A stretch of DNA of 64,000 nucleotides from an uncultured virus (IMG/VR IMGVR_UViG_3300023174_009220). Its lineage: Duplodnaviria > Heunggongvirae > Uroviricota > Caudoviricetes. A program made the translations under genes and the position numbers. This document shows positions 40,052 through 49,148 of this stretch, piece by piece. The notes below the pieces were generated by a model. The model saw only the letters and a program-made list of their open reading frames with translations, was not told where the DNA came from and did not search any database. The DNA is taken from the IMG/VR virus record IMGVR_UViG_3300023174_009220; one strand, 5' to 3'. Positions within the stretch are counted from its first letter, which is position 1. Each line of letters starts with the position of its first letter.

Positions 40052-40798
40052 TTATAAAGAAATTTCGGATGATAAATATTCTTTGATTAGAGGTCTCATA
40101 TCTTTTACTTTATACAATTCTGCCTCTTCTTCACCTGGTCCTATGTGAACAAGATAAGCCCCACCTACATTGAAACCCCATTCTTCTAAGATAAGGGCGT
40201 ATAGAGATAATTGTATTGAATACTCGTTGTGATGGTTTTTCCAAAAACTATCAAATGGTTCTAATAACTTTTCAAACTTGCCCTTTTGGTGACTATCGTG
40301 TGTAAAGGCCTTATTGGTTTTCCAGTCTAAGATGTAAATTTTACCTCTATACAAAAAAAGAGAATCGATCATTCCAGCAATCTTCCACCTTTTAGAAAAG
40401 ACTCTGACTTCAAATTTAACTGGTTCTAATTTATGGAGTTGTTTGGCAAAAATTTTATTGAATTTATTGATTCGGTGTATCAATTCTGGATCAGTAGGCA
40501 GTGGCTGCCACAATTGGTTATAATAATCTTCAATCCACTGATGCGTATTTGTGCCCAGTTGATTGGCGTGGTCGTTTAATTCTTTCCACTGCGACAAAAT
40601 CCAGTCCTGCGGAACTCCCAGTTCTTCGGCTTTCTTTTTAGATAACGCATCCTGCTCGAAAGGTTTGTGAAATCTTTGAATAAATTTTGTTACAGATATA
40701 AAAGATTCACCAAGATAAGTATATTGATGTTTTTTTGGGTCAAATTTGAATTCAGCATCACAAAAACAATCAAGTTGTTTTAAAATTGAGTCTTTCAT
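40052..40798 (-). CDS. PD-(D/E)XK exonuclease
   Basis: SVT, GTNTH, E..V, IAGMIDSL, ILDWKT, QLSLY. Confidence 0.85.
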   Translation of the reverse strand: MKDSILKQLDCFCDAEFKFDPKKHQYTYLGESFISVTKFIQRFHKPFEQDALSKKKAEELGVPQDWILSQWKELNDHANQLGTNTHQWIEDYYNQLWQPLPTDPELIHRINKFNKIFAKQLHKLEPVKFEVRVFSKRWKIAGMIDSLFLYRGKIYILDWKTNKAFTHDSHQKGKFEKLLEPFDSFWKNHHNEYSIQLSLYALILEEWGFNVGGAYLVHIGPGEEEAELYKVKDMRPLIKEYLSSEISL

Positions 40799-40830
40799 TT
40801 AGATTATATGCAATAACCTAACTTAAGTTC

Positions 40831-41964
40831 TTAAACAGCCGCTTCAATTCTTCGTTGGTTATTAAAATGACTATAACTTTCAGAAAAAATATAGTCACTT
40901 AAATCTTCATGCCAGATGGAATGTTGTGGTAAAATATAACAATCGTTAACTTCTGAATAGCGGCAGTTATCTGAAGAAGTTGAAATGTCCAAATAATCTA
41001 AATAAACCAATTCACCACAATGTCTGAAGACTTTACTAACCTGATCAAATCCAAGATAATTTCTACCATAATAGTTTCCTTCAGACCCACATAAGGTAAT
41101 GACAGAACGGTCATTTTTGATAAAATTTGATAATTCACCGGTGTTTCGATTTAGAAACCTAAAAGTATCCATATAGGGAAAGTTGTCAAAATTAAAGTTT
41201 TTTAGAACCACAGTTTCGTTTATTTCAACCACATTTTGAGAATCTTGAAACATAATTGAATTATACCAGTTTTGTTGTTTACGGTGCAAAAATCCATTTT
41301 CATACGCCCATTTTTTGAAATAAAAAGAGAGTTTTTCATCGTTTGCGGTGTAAATTCTATCCATTAGTTTTTTTGTTCCAAACTGCCAAAGAATAGACCT
41401 TCCAAGCACTTTATCAAATTCATCCAACATAACTAACATAGAAATTACTTCTGGATTTTCACAATAAAGGTCAAAATAAGGTTGACACCTATCGTATCTC
41501 ATACAAGAAACACCTAATGATCCAGATTCACTTTGATGTTTAGAATGGTGATAGTATTTTCTAATGTCTTCACCTAAGACAACTTTGAACTGAAAATTTG
41601 GCTTTGAACTTTCGGCCTTAAATAGGTTCGAAAAAATTTCGACTTCTTTTGCTGGAATATCTTTAAATACTTTAGCAACAAATGCCCCTGGTTTGGCATG
41701 AAATCTTTTAGAAGAAGACCAAACATCCGCGATTTCAGTCTCCGTAAAAATTTTATCAATTCTTTCTTTAGTCAGATAAGAAATTTTACAAGAATCTTCG
41801 ACCGACACTGAAATAAAATTAACAGGATGTTCGACTAAATCTTCCTTTTGATGCCGTTTTTTTAATAATAATTTAGCTACAACGGATTCACGGCTGATGT
41901 TTTGTAAAATAGTTTTTAAATTATCCGAGATTTCAATATCAAAGGTTTTTCTTTCGTATGACAT
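40831..41964 (-). CDS. phage protein with SCMRY/GRxxLW/DRIY/PYMD motifs; start 41964
   Basis: GSLGVSCMRY, GRSILW, LMDRIY, FPYMDTF; TATCTTTG at 41992-41999 (-). Confidence 0.7.
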   Translation of the reverse strand: MSYERKTFDIEISDNLKTILQNISRESVVAKLLLKKRHQKEDLVEHPVNFISVSVEDSCKISYLTKERIDKIFTETEIADVWSSSKRFHAKPGAFVAKVFKDIPAKEVEIFSNLFKAESSKPNFQFKVVLGEDIRKYYHHSKHQSESGSLGVSCMRYDRCQPYFDLYCENPEVISMLVMLDEFDKVLGRSILWQFGTKKLMDRIYTANDEKLSFYFKKWAYENGFLHRKQQNWYNSIMFQDSQNVVEINETVVLKNFNFDNFPYMDTFRFLNRNTGELSNFIKNDRSVITLCGSEGNYYGRNYLGFDQVSKVFRHCGELVYLDYLDISTSSDNCRYSEVNDCYILPQHSIWHEDLSDYIFSESYSHFNNQRRIEAAV

Positions 41965-42025
41965 GCAGTTTGTTTTTTGGTTTATATTAGACAAAGATAG
42001 GATTAAAAATCTAAATTGAAGAGGA

Positions 42026-42508
42026 TCAAATGTTATTAAAAGTTAAAATTCTTATCTCTTTATTGTTATGTAGTTTTTTTATTGAATAGTATAATTTCTG
42101 ACCTTCGTTGCTCAGATCTCTAAAGGTGCAGGCCCACGAACTGGCATCCTTAAACTCAAAAGAGTTTTCGCTCCAACCTATGCAAATTGCTGATGTGAGC
42201 GGAATAGATTGGTCCAGGTCATTTGGAAAATATCTCGCCTGGAATTCATTTTGTTCTAATTGGTTTTTGACAAAATCTTCTAAATTTTCGACAGCAAGCG
42301 GTGTCTTTTTAATTGAAATGTCATCTGAAGAAAGGGCTCCAACCAATTTTAGTTGGAGATTAGAGAGTATATAGTTTTTATTTGTCAAATCAATCGGATC
42401 AAATGCTACTAAATAGACAAAAGTTTTAGCAGAATCAATTTTTGTGATAAACTTACCAGCTATTGGAAAATTGACAAATCCAGAATTATCTTCCCTTAAC
42501 ATCTTCAA
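42026..42508 (-). CDS. hypothetical protein
   Basis: 160-aa ORF in a minus-strand operon. Confidence 0.6.
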   Translation of the reverse strand: MKMLREDNSGFVNFPIAGKFITKIDSAKTFVYLVAFDPIDLTNKNYILSNLQLKLVGALSSDDISIKKTPLAVENLEDFVKNQLEQNEFQARYFPNDLDQSIPLTSAICIGWSENSFEFKDASSWACTFRDLSNEGQKLYYSIKKLHNNKEIRILTFNNI

Positions 42509-42665
42509 TTTGGTTTGGAGTTATATTTATTTTTTCAAAATCAATAACAGAATCCACTTGGCCTAAATTATAGGTAGTAAAATGTTTCTTTTCTTTGTCA
42601 TAAATTTGCAACATTAAATACCCGAGTTCGGAAATAAAGATTTTTGTAATTTTATATTTTTTCAT
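42486..42665 (-). CDS. small hypothetical protein
   Basis: MKKYKITKIFISELGYLML. Confidence 0.55.
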   Translation of the reverse strand: MKKYKITKIFISELGYLMLQIYDKEKKHFTTYNLGQVDSVIDFEKINITPNQIEDVKGR

Positions 42666-42684
42666 AGTTTGAATAGTTAATTGA

Positions 42685-43539
42685 TTAAATTCCAAGGGCT
42701 TCTAAAACTGAATTTCTTACCGACCATTGTGTGATTTTCATAATACGATCAGTTTCATTTTTAATGATGTGTGAGTCTTGTCTATTAAACAATCTAAGAT
42801 ATTCACAAAAAACAAAAAAAGCATCAATATAGAAGTCAGATTGAACTGCAGTCAGATTTTCTGATGGGATAAAAAGTTGATTTAATTGAGATGGGGTTAA
42901 TTTTAGTCGTAGATCAGATTTAGCAAATCTGATTTGATTTTTAAATGCGTCAAACTTACGGTGATTAATTTGTGGAATTTCTTTAGAATCTCCCAAGATA
43001 GCTTCTCGAATTTTAGAAAACGGCACTTTATGACCCAAGATATTATTAAGGGCTTCTATTTGCTGGTTAAAGGTTTCACCATTTAAACCAGTTGAAGCTA
43101 CTTCTGCTGCTTGATTTACTCCAGTTAGGTGTTTTTTTGATAATCCAACATTGTTTGCTCCAATAAAATAAAACTTTTCAGAATGTAGACCAGCGTAAAA
43201 ACTAAGTCTTCTGGATTTATCTGTTGAATTTAAGATATAGAATGATTTATAGAAATTGATACCACCTATATTAACAGAATCTGAGACAAGTTGTAAAAAT
43301 TGAGTTCCGCTAGTGATTCTTAGTTGATACTTTGAGATAGTAAAGTTTTGCTCGATAAGCTCGATTTTATCTTTTAGATATTTGGCAATATCAAATACTT
43401 CATATCTTTTAGAAACATTTGCAACTCTGATAACTTTGCCAGCATACTTAGTTATTACCTGTTGGTCAATCTTTTCAACTGAAATTCTATCGATTGAGTC
43501 AAATAGTTGTTTTTTATTATAAATCTGAAATCCTTTCAT
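42685..43539 (-). CDS. DUF932-like protein with C-terminal tag
   Basis: ILNSTDKSRRLSFYAGL...KKHL; ends SVRNSVLEALGI; TATATTTG at 43556-43563 (-). Confidence 0.5.
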   Translation of the reverse strand: MKGFQIYNKKQLFDSIDRISVEKIDQQVITKYAGKVIRVANVSKRYEVFDIAKYLKDKIELIEQNFTISKYQLRITSGTQFLQLVSDSVNIGGINFYKSFYILNSTDKSRRLSFYAGLHSEKFYFIGANNVGLSKKHLTGVNQAAEVASTGLNGETFNQQIEALNNILGHKVPFSKIREAILGDSKEIPQINHRKFDAFKNQIRFAKSDLRLKLTPSQLNQLFIPSENLTAVQSDFYIDAFFVFCEYLRLFNRQDSHIIKNETDRIMKITQWSVRNSVLEALGI

Positions 43540-43618
43540 GGTTGTTTATTTCTTACAAATATAGTTAATTTTTTTTGACATACAAATACTATCTAACAAA
43601 TTTAATATATAATTTTTT

Positions 43619-44998
43619 ATGAAATACTTAAAAGAATATCAATTTTTCATAGGTGAAGAATTTTCAAAAAATGAGCCTATTCCTGAAATCTTATCAGCTA
43701 AAAGAGGTGTGGCAATTTTTTTAATTGGGACTTCTGGTATTGGAAAGTCTTATTTTGTTAAAAATCATATACACACTAAAAATGCTACTTTTAAGGACTT
43801 CTCAACAGACGATATCTCAACACTCTATACCGGTGACCCAAACATTTATTATAGGGGCGTAGAAACAGATGGCGGTAGGACAAAAAATGCTAGTCAATTA
43901 AATATCCTAAAGATGCTTACATTTATAGAGACTGGTCAGAATTTTATTTATGACACCACAGGCGCCGGTAAAGAATTTACCGATTCTGGTTTTGAGCATG
44001 TCAAACAGATTTATGACCAGGCTAGAAATTTTGGCTACAAAATAATTTTCATACACCTACTTTCGACCCTACAAAATTCACTTCAACAGGACTTAGAAAG
44101 ACAAAGGCACGTTGATCCACATTATATTCAATGGGCCTATGCTAAACAGCAGGGTGGTGAAGTAGATGGGGTTAAAGTAGAGGGAAACATTCAAAGATAT
44201 AAATCACTTGGTCCAGATGCTTATTACTTAATTACAAGTATCGATCAGAAATATAAGTATTACAAGTTTGTTGATGGTAAATTAGCTAAAAGAAAAGGTG
44301 ACCGATACATTGTAAAAGAAAGTGTTGATAACAAATCTGAAGTTTCAAATATCGTAGATTGCATGTTAGATCTGATAGAAGATGGATATAACATAATGTT
44401 CAAATCACCTATTGGTAATATGACTTATCAACAATACTTAGAAGGTGGTGGTGATTTTCATCCTGTATTCAAACCAAATGAGGCTTTACTTAGAAGTCAA
44501 TTTACAATTAGAATTGGATCATCAGCTGAAAAGTTTAAAACATATGATGATTTTGTCAAAATTATTGATGAGATGCAAGTGGTAATTTCTAGACTTTCGG
44601 ATTATGATTGGATTCTTTCACATTTTGAAGTAGATAGCTACGAAGGGTCATATCAAAATTCTAATGAACCTAAACCGATGTTTAGAGCAGTTGAATATAA
44701 ATTTGTTAGAAAAGACCAGAAAATAGAAGGAGATAGAAAATTTGACTTAAAAAGTTTCAAAACGGATTTTGAAAATAAAACCGGTATGAATATAGACGGT
44801 TATCGAATGCTTACTCGACCTCACACCCCAAGGGGTATGAGACGCGATGATGGAATCTCCATTGAGTTTTCAAGTAATTATTATGATGGGGAATTTCCTT
44901 CTGACTTAGATGATAGATTTAGTAAAATATGTGATAGATGGGGATTTGAAGAGTATGATTTTTCGGTGCCTGGAAAAGTTAGTTTTTTCTGGGAATAA
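43619..44998 (+). CDS. leader-tagged zeta-toxin/AAA_33-like P-loop kinase fused to an unknown domain
   Basis: MKYLKEYQFFIGEE; IGTSGIGKS, NFIYDTTG, GYKIIFIHL, RQRHVD. Confidence 0.7.
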   Translation: MKYLKEYQFFIGEEFSKNEPIPEILSAKRGVAIFLIGTSGIGKSYFVKNHIHTKNATFKDFSTDDISTLYTGDPNIYYRGVETDGGRTKNASQLNILKMLTFIETGQNFIYDTTGAGKEFTDSGFEHVKQIYDQARNFGYKIIFIHLLSTLQNSLQQDLERQRHVDPHYIQWAYAKQQGGEVDGVKVEGNIQRYKSLGPDAYYLITSIDQKYKYYKFVDGKLAKRKGDRYIVKESVDNKSEVSNIVDCMLDLIEDGYNIMFKSPIGNMTYQQYLEGGGDFHPVFKPNEALLRSQFTIRIGSSAEKFKTYDDFVKIIDEMQVVISRLSDYDWILSHFEVDSYEGSYQNSNEPKPMFRAVEYKFVRKDQKIEGDRKFDLKSFKTDFENKTGMNIDGYRMLTRPHTPRGMRRDDGISIEFSSNYYDGEFPSDLDDRFSKICDRWGFEEYDFSVPGKVSFFWE

Positions 44999-45000
44999 AC

Positions 45001-45216
45001 TTAATCTAATAGTTTATCGATTTTATCATTTCTGATTTGGGAAACAGACATAAAATCAGAACGATAACATTGAATAGTTCTCCATCCAACAGAATTAGAA
45101 GGATCAATAATTTTAACCCAGACAAACTTAGGACCACTTTCATGTCTGAAGATCTCATAAGTTTTACCTATTTCAAGTTCATCGTTCTGAGATGTATTGC
45201 TTACACAAATCGACAT
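45001..45216 (-). CDS. small protein with C-terminal tag
   Basis: LEIGKTYEI...; ends SQIRNDKIDKLLD. Confidence 0.65.
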   Translation of the reverse strand: MSICVSNTSQNDELEIGKTYEIFRHESGPKFVWVKIIDPSNSVGWRTIQCYRSDFMSVSQIRNDKIDKLLD

Positions 45217-45238
45217 AATATAAAATAATATAAAAAGT

Positions 45239-45904
45239 TTATTTAACCTTCATCTTATAAGCCTTTTCTACTTTTGCTCCTCTTAAGTCATATTTAGATA
45301 AATCGACTTCTGTTATAGCACCTAAAGTTTTAATTTTGCCTAATTTATTTTCAATTGGTTTTGTTGAACAGAAAGCAATAGTTCCACCAACTTCCGATAC
45401 CTTAGACTCCATTCTAGATGCCGTGTTTACTGCGTTTCCAAAAAAATCTTTTAAGTCGACTTTTTGTATACGGTATGTTTTTTGATCCATATGACCTTGG
45501 CAAACCCCGACTCTTAAATTGTAAGCGTTTTCACCTAAAATAACTTGTTTTGCGAAATTTACGGCATTAAATAAAGAATCTTCTGATGATTCAAAAAAAA
45601 CCATAAAAGCATCTCCGATTGTTTTCACAATCCAACCTTTGTTTTTTTCAGCAATTGATTCTACTAATTTATGATGACCTTCAAGTTGCTTAGCCATAGT
45701 TATGGGGTCATCTGACCACATTTTTGATGAACCAACAACATCACTAAAGACCATTGCAGGCATTGGTCCAGATTTTTCTTTAACTTCTTGGCTATCTACG
45801 GACTCTTTTTGAGCTTGAGTTAAAAGTCTTTCTGATCTTTTTGACCCTTCTTTAGACGATTCGTCAGCTTCGTTTATTTGATTCCAATTATTTAAGTATT
45901 TCAT
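45239..45904 (-). CDS. leader-tagged class III nucleotidyl (adenylate-type) cyclase
   Basis: FSDVVGSS, VKTIGDAFM, LRVGV, DFFGNAVNTASRMES. Confidence 0.9.
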   Translation of the reverse strand: MKYLNNWNQINEADESSKEGSKRSERLLTQAQKESVDSQEVKEKSGPMPAMVFSDVVGSSKMWSDDPITMAKQLEGHHKLVESIAEKNKGWIVKTIGDAFMVFFESSEDSLFNAVNFAKQVILGENAYNLRVGVCQGHMDQKTYRIQKVDLKDFFGNAVNTASRMESKVSEVGGTIAFCSTKPIENKLGKIKTLGAITEVDLSKYDLRGAKVEKAYKMKVK

Positions 45905-45920
45905 ATACTATATATTTAAT

Positions 45921-46265
45921 CTATAAATATAAAAAGCTTTGATATTTATCTTCATTTCTTAAATCCACTTTAATAGTCGTTTCTTTAAGTGGTGTGGTGA
46001 ATGTAACCGTAACCGTTGTCAAATCAGAGGATTCAACCCCTTCTAAAAGTTCCTCCAAGACAATTTCTCTTTGTTTATCCCTTGGCATTTGAATACCGGT
46101 ATCGATTAACAAATTGATTTGCCAAGGTAGTCTTTTTTTAGTAAAAGAATAAACAGATTGTTTGTAAACCTCTGGTTGCCTAATCAATCTTTTATAGGTG
46201 AAAAGCGAAAATATTATAACTCTTACAATATAATTGTGATAGACTTCATTGATATCTAACTTCAT
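45921..46265 (-). CDS. hypothetical protein
   Basis: 114 aa; internal REIVLEELL. Confidence 0.6.
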   Translation of the reverse strand: MKLDINEVYHNYIVRVIIFSLFTYKRLIRQPEVYKQSVYSFTKKRLPWQINLLIDTGIQMPRDKQREIVLEELLEGVESSDLTTVTVTFTTPLKETTIKVDLRNEDKYQSFLYL

Positions 46266-46284
46266 AGTTAATATATATTAAACT

Positions 46285-46326
46285 ATGATTAAGAGGTGGT
46301 CTAAATTTAATGAATCCAAACCCTAA
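46285..46326 (+). CDS. 13-aa micro-ORF consisting of the leader motif only
   Basis: MIKRWSKFNESKP* directly after palindrome TTAATATATATTAA (46268-46281). Confidence 0.4.
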   Translation: MIKRWSKFNESKP

Positions 46327-46335
46327 AGATTTATT

Positions 46336-46557
46336 TTAACCCAATAGTTGATTAATTTTATCTTCTCTTTCTTCTGTTTTTAGAAATCTTTTCCATTCAG
46401 TTAGTGTTACAATCTCGTGTTCATAAAAATTAGACTCCTTATATGAGTTTTCTACAAACCAAAGACATCTATAAACTCTATCTGAAATTCTTTCATAGAC
46501 CGTCATTTTATTACCACCCGTCGTTTTGATAACAATATCTCCAGGTTTATATTTCAT
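46336..46557 (-). CDS. YodC/DUF2158-like protein with C-terminal tag
   Basis: KPGDIVIKTTGGNKMTV...RCLWF; ends EREDKINQLLG. Confidence 0.7.
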   Translation of the reverse strand: MKYKPGDIVIKTTGGNKMTVYERISDRVYRCLWFVENSYKESNFYEHEIVTLTEWKRFLKTEEREDKINQLLG

Positions 46558-46599
46558 AAATTATTTATAAAATATTGCCGCTTCCCTTCAAGTGTGTAG

Positions 46600-47502
46600 T
46601 TAAATAGAAAAGTCGAAGTCGTCTCCTTCTATAATAACTGGCTTTTGTTCTTGTTGATGGGGTTTTCCATAATTCATAATTAGGAGTTCGGTGCCTTTTG
46701 TTTGAGATTTACCAGAGACCGCCATAGCTGTTTTAGCAAACTCTTTGTTTTGCCAACTAAATTCGTTTTTTGGAAACCACTGGTCTAGTTTATCAAAGTA
46801 ATAATAACTCAGTCCAAATTTACCTTTGATTGACCTAAGTGATTGGGCCAGTCTTTTGTGAGTATCAAGTGTGAAATCGTGATTTGTGTAGTAGTTTTCG
46901 GTTAAAAAATATGGCGGATCACAATAGAAGTAAGTTTTTTTAGAATCGTATTTTTTTATAACCTCTTCAAAATCTAAATTCTCGATGTTTGTAATTTTAT
47001 CAAAATATTTTTGCCATTTAACATCAATCAACTTAGTTCTAAATATTTCAAATTTAGATTTATAGAGTCCGTTTTTTGCAACATATCCACCGTTTTTTAT
47101 AAGATTGCCCTTTTTTGGATCAGTCCCAGACCAGACTTGACTAAGCACATAAGCATACTTATAAGCAATCTCAAAATCAGCCACCTTAGTATCTAATTTA
47201 AGGTCTGGATTGAAAATTTCAGATTTGAATTCTGCAAAAATTTTATCATCTTCAATAGGTAGATCTTTAGATAAATCCCATAATTTAACGCTTTCTTTTA
47301 GGCAGTTAAATAAATTGACATTTAGAGGATTTACTTCGTTATAGACAACTTTTTCTAAATTTTTATATCGCGATAACTCTAACTTGAAGAAAACCCAAAA
47401 CATTCCTGAAAAAGGTTCTACATAAATTTTAGTGTCATTTGGAATATAATTTCTAATCCAATAACCAATTTTACTCTTTCCACCGATATATGATAATGCC
47501 AT
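46600..47502 (-). CDS. second D12-class DNA adenine methyltransferase; start 47502
   Basis: SYIGGKS, YVEPFSG, FYCDPPY, ELLIMNY. Confidence 0.9.
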   Translation of the reverse strand: MALSYIGGKSKIGYWIRNYIPNDTKIYVEPFSGMFWVFFKLELSRYKNLEKVVYNEVNPLNVNLFNCLKESVKLWDLSKDLPIEDDKIFAEFKSEIFNPDLKLDTKVADFEIAYKYAYVLSQVWSGTDPKKGNLIKNGGYVAKNGLYKSKFEIFRTKLIDVKWQKYFDKITNIENLDFEEVIKKYDSKKTYFYCDPPYFLTENYYTNHDFTLDTHKRLAQSLRSIKGKFGLSYYYFDKLDQWFPKNEFSWQNKEFAKTAMAVSGKSQTKGTELLIMNYGKPHQQEQKPVIIEGDDFDFSI

Positions 47503-47518
47503 AAACTCTATTATTTTT

Positions 47519-48166
47519 TTATTTTTTCTTTTTCTTTTTAACCTCTTTTTTTGGCGTTTCCAACATTTGAATCCTATCTCTGAGTTCGGCAGCAATTTCA
47601 TATTCTTCATTTTCAATTGCGTTATCAATTAGAATTTGAAGTTCTTCAACCGATACAACTCTTTTATCATCATCATCATCACCGTCTATGAACTGGTCAA
47701 ACTCATCTTCGTCTTCAAGTTCGACTCTTGGTGTTGCATGAGACTGAGTGCCATCATCATTTAGGATAACCCCGTATTGATTTAATATTTGAACATCACA
47801 GTAGATTGGGCATTTAAATATACAAGCAAGAGCAATGGCGTCTCCAATCGTAGCATCTAAGGTAACGGATTCTAAACCATTTGATACAATAATCTGCGTA
47901 TAAAAAACCCCTTCTAAGACGTTATAGATAAAAACTTCTTGACAATCCATGCCAAATGAATCACAGATGGTTTTAATTAAATCGTAAGATGATGGTCTAT
48001 TTGAAGAAATTCCTTCTAATTCCATCGCTATTTTTTGGGCTTCATTTGTTTTTATAATGATTGGAATCTTTCTATCGCCTTTTCTTTCAGAGACTACGCA
48101 TATATAAGATCCAACTTGGGTTTGGTGATAGGAAAGTCCCAATATTTTTAACTCTTTTCTTTTCAT
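47519..48166 (-). CDS. bifunctional nuclease (DUF151) with C-terminal UVR domain
   Basis: IPIII..NEAQKIA, RPSSYDL, EGVFY, DAIALA, ENEEYEIAAELRDRI. Confidence 0.85.
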   Translation of the reverse strand: MKRKELKILGLSYHQTQVGSYICVVSERKGDRKIPIIIKTNEAQKIAMELEGISSNRPSSYDLIKTICDSFGMDCQEVFIYNVLEGVFYTQIIVSNGLESVTLDATIGDAIALACIFKCPIYCDVQILNQYGVILNDDGTQSHATPRVELEDEDEFDQFIDGDDDDDKRVVSVEELQILIDNAIENEEYEIAAELRDRIQMLETPKKEVKKKKKK

Positions 48167-48216
48167 TTTTTTATCATAGAATTATACAAATTTATATGGG
48201 CAAAGAGACATTTTGT

Positions 48217-48864
48217 TTACTCATCTAATAATAAATCAGCCGCTGATGAACTGGCCGGACTGAGTGGTTTTGCCCAAGTTCTAAATCCTAAGCCTCTAAG
48301 CCACGGCACGAAACTTTTATAGGCTGAATATGATTTGTTTTTTGTAAAACCGTTATCTCCAGTTCCACCTTCAAATGGATTAAAGTCGACGTGTATATCT
48401 ACTTTTCTAAAATCGACTAAGTCGCTTTCTGATAAAAAAAGTGAATTGGTAACTACTTCATCTTGATGCAGTGGTACATGCGAATATTTACCTTCACATT
48501 TCAACAGGTGGTATTTATACTTTTTTCTTTCTAATGTGGTTAGATCAAGCCGGGTATAGGATTGTAATTCGGAATCTAAATAAATTCCTAAGTCATGTAG
48601 ATATTGTGCTTCTTTGAATAACCTCTCATTGTTATCTTTTATTTTGTCAGAACTTTCTCTAAAAAAAACTACGTGTGCTCCCTTTCTTAAATCACCATTA
48701 TGAAACATAATTGTGATAGCATACATTGTTTTTTTATGTTTTTGCTCTGAATCGCAACCAATTGATATGGTGACATCAGGTTCTTTTTTGATGAATTCAT
48801 TTATATATTCAATGATGTTTGGAATATGATCTCCACCAAATTTTTTGAAGCGGTCTAAAAACAT
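48217..48864 (-). CDS. RNase H-like YkuK family protein
   Basis: ISIGCDS, RLFKEA, DIHVD, KPLSPASSSAAD. Confidence 0.75.
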   Translation of the reverse strand: MFLDRFKKFGGDHIPNIIEYINEFIKKEPDVTISIGCDSEQKHKKTMYAITIMFHNGDLRKGAHVVFFRESSDKIKDNNERLFKEAQYLHDLGIYLDSELQSYTRLDLTTLERKKYKYHLLKCEGKYSHVPLHQDEVVTNSLFLSESDLVDFRKVDIHVDFNPFEGGTGDNGFTKNKSYSAYKSFVPWLRGLGFRTWAKPLSPASSSAADLLLDE

Positions 48865-49076
48865 TACATGATTTTGTTAATTTTTATGTATGATTGTTTG
48901 ACAATATCTGGCGGAAAAACTACAAAAGTTCCATCTTCTAAGGTCAATTCAAAACCGCCTTCAAGATAAAAGTTTTTTACTAGATTAATTAAGCCGTCAT
49001 ACTGATCTGTGGATATAGTCACTTGTTTTCCCCTGAATTCTCCAAAATGGTTAGTTAATACTATTTGAATTTCCAT
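48864..49076 (-). CDS. hypothetical protein
   Basis: 70-aa ORF; TATATA upstream. Confidence 0.6.
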   Translation of the reverse strand: MEIQIVLTNHFGEFRGKQVTISTDQYDGLINLVKNFYLEGGFELTLEDGTFVVFPPDIVKQSYIKINKIM

Positions 49077-49115
49077 AACTACATGGTATATATAAATTTA
49101 ATAATCAATAAAATC

Positions 49116-49145
49116 AAAAAAAAAGAGGGATGTACTCCCTCTTTT
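49116..49145 (-). terminator. intrinsic terminator
   Basis: A9-GAGGGA-TGTAC-TCCCTC-T4 just after the stop of 49149..50273. Confidence 0.8.
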
Positions 49146-49148
49146 CTA

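Noticed and set aside
40052..40798. Cas4 of a CRISPR system
   Set aside because: No Fe-S cysteine cluster and no cas context; generic PD-(D/E)XK nuclease
45239..45904. Pycsar or CBASS defence system
   Set aside because: No adjacent effector; specificity residues point to ATP; phage leader present
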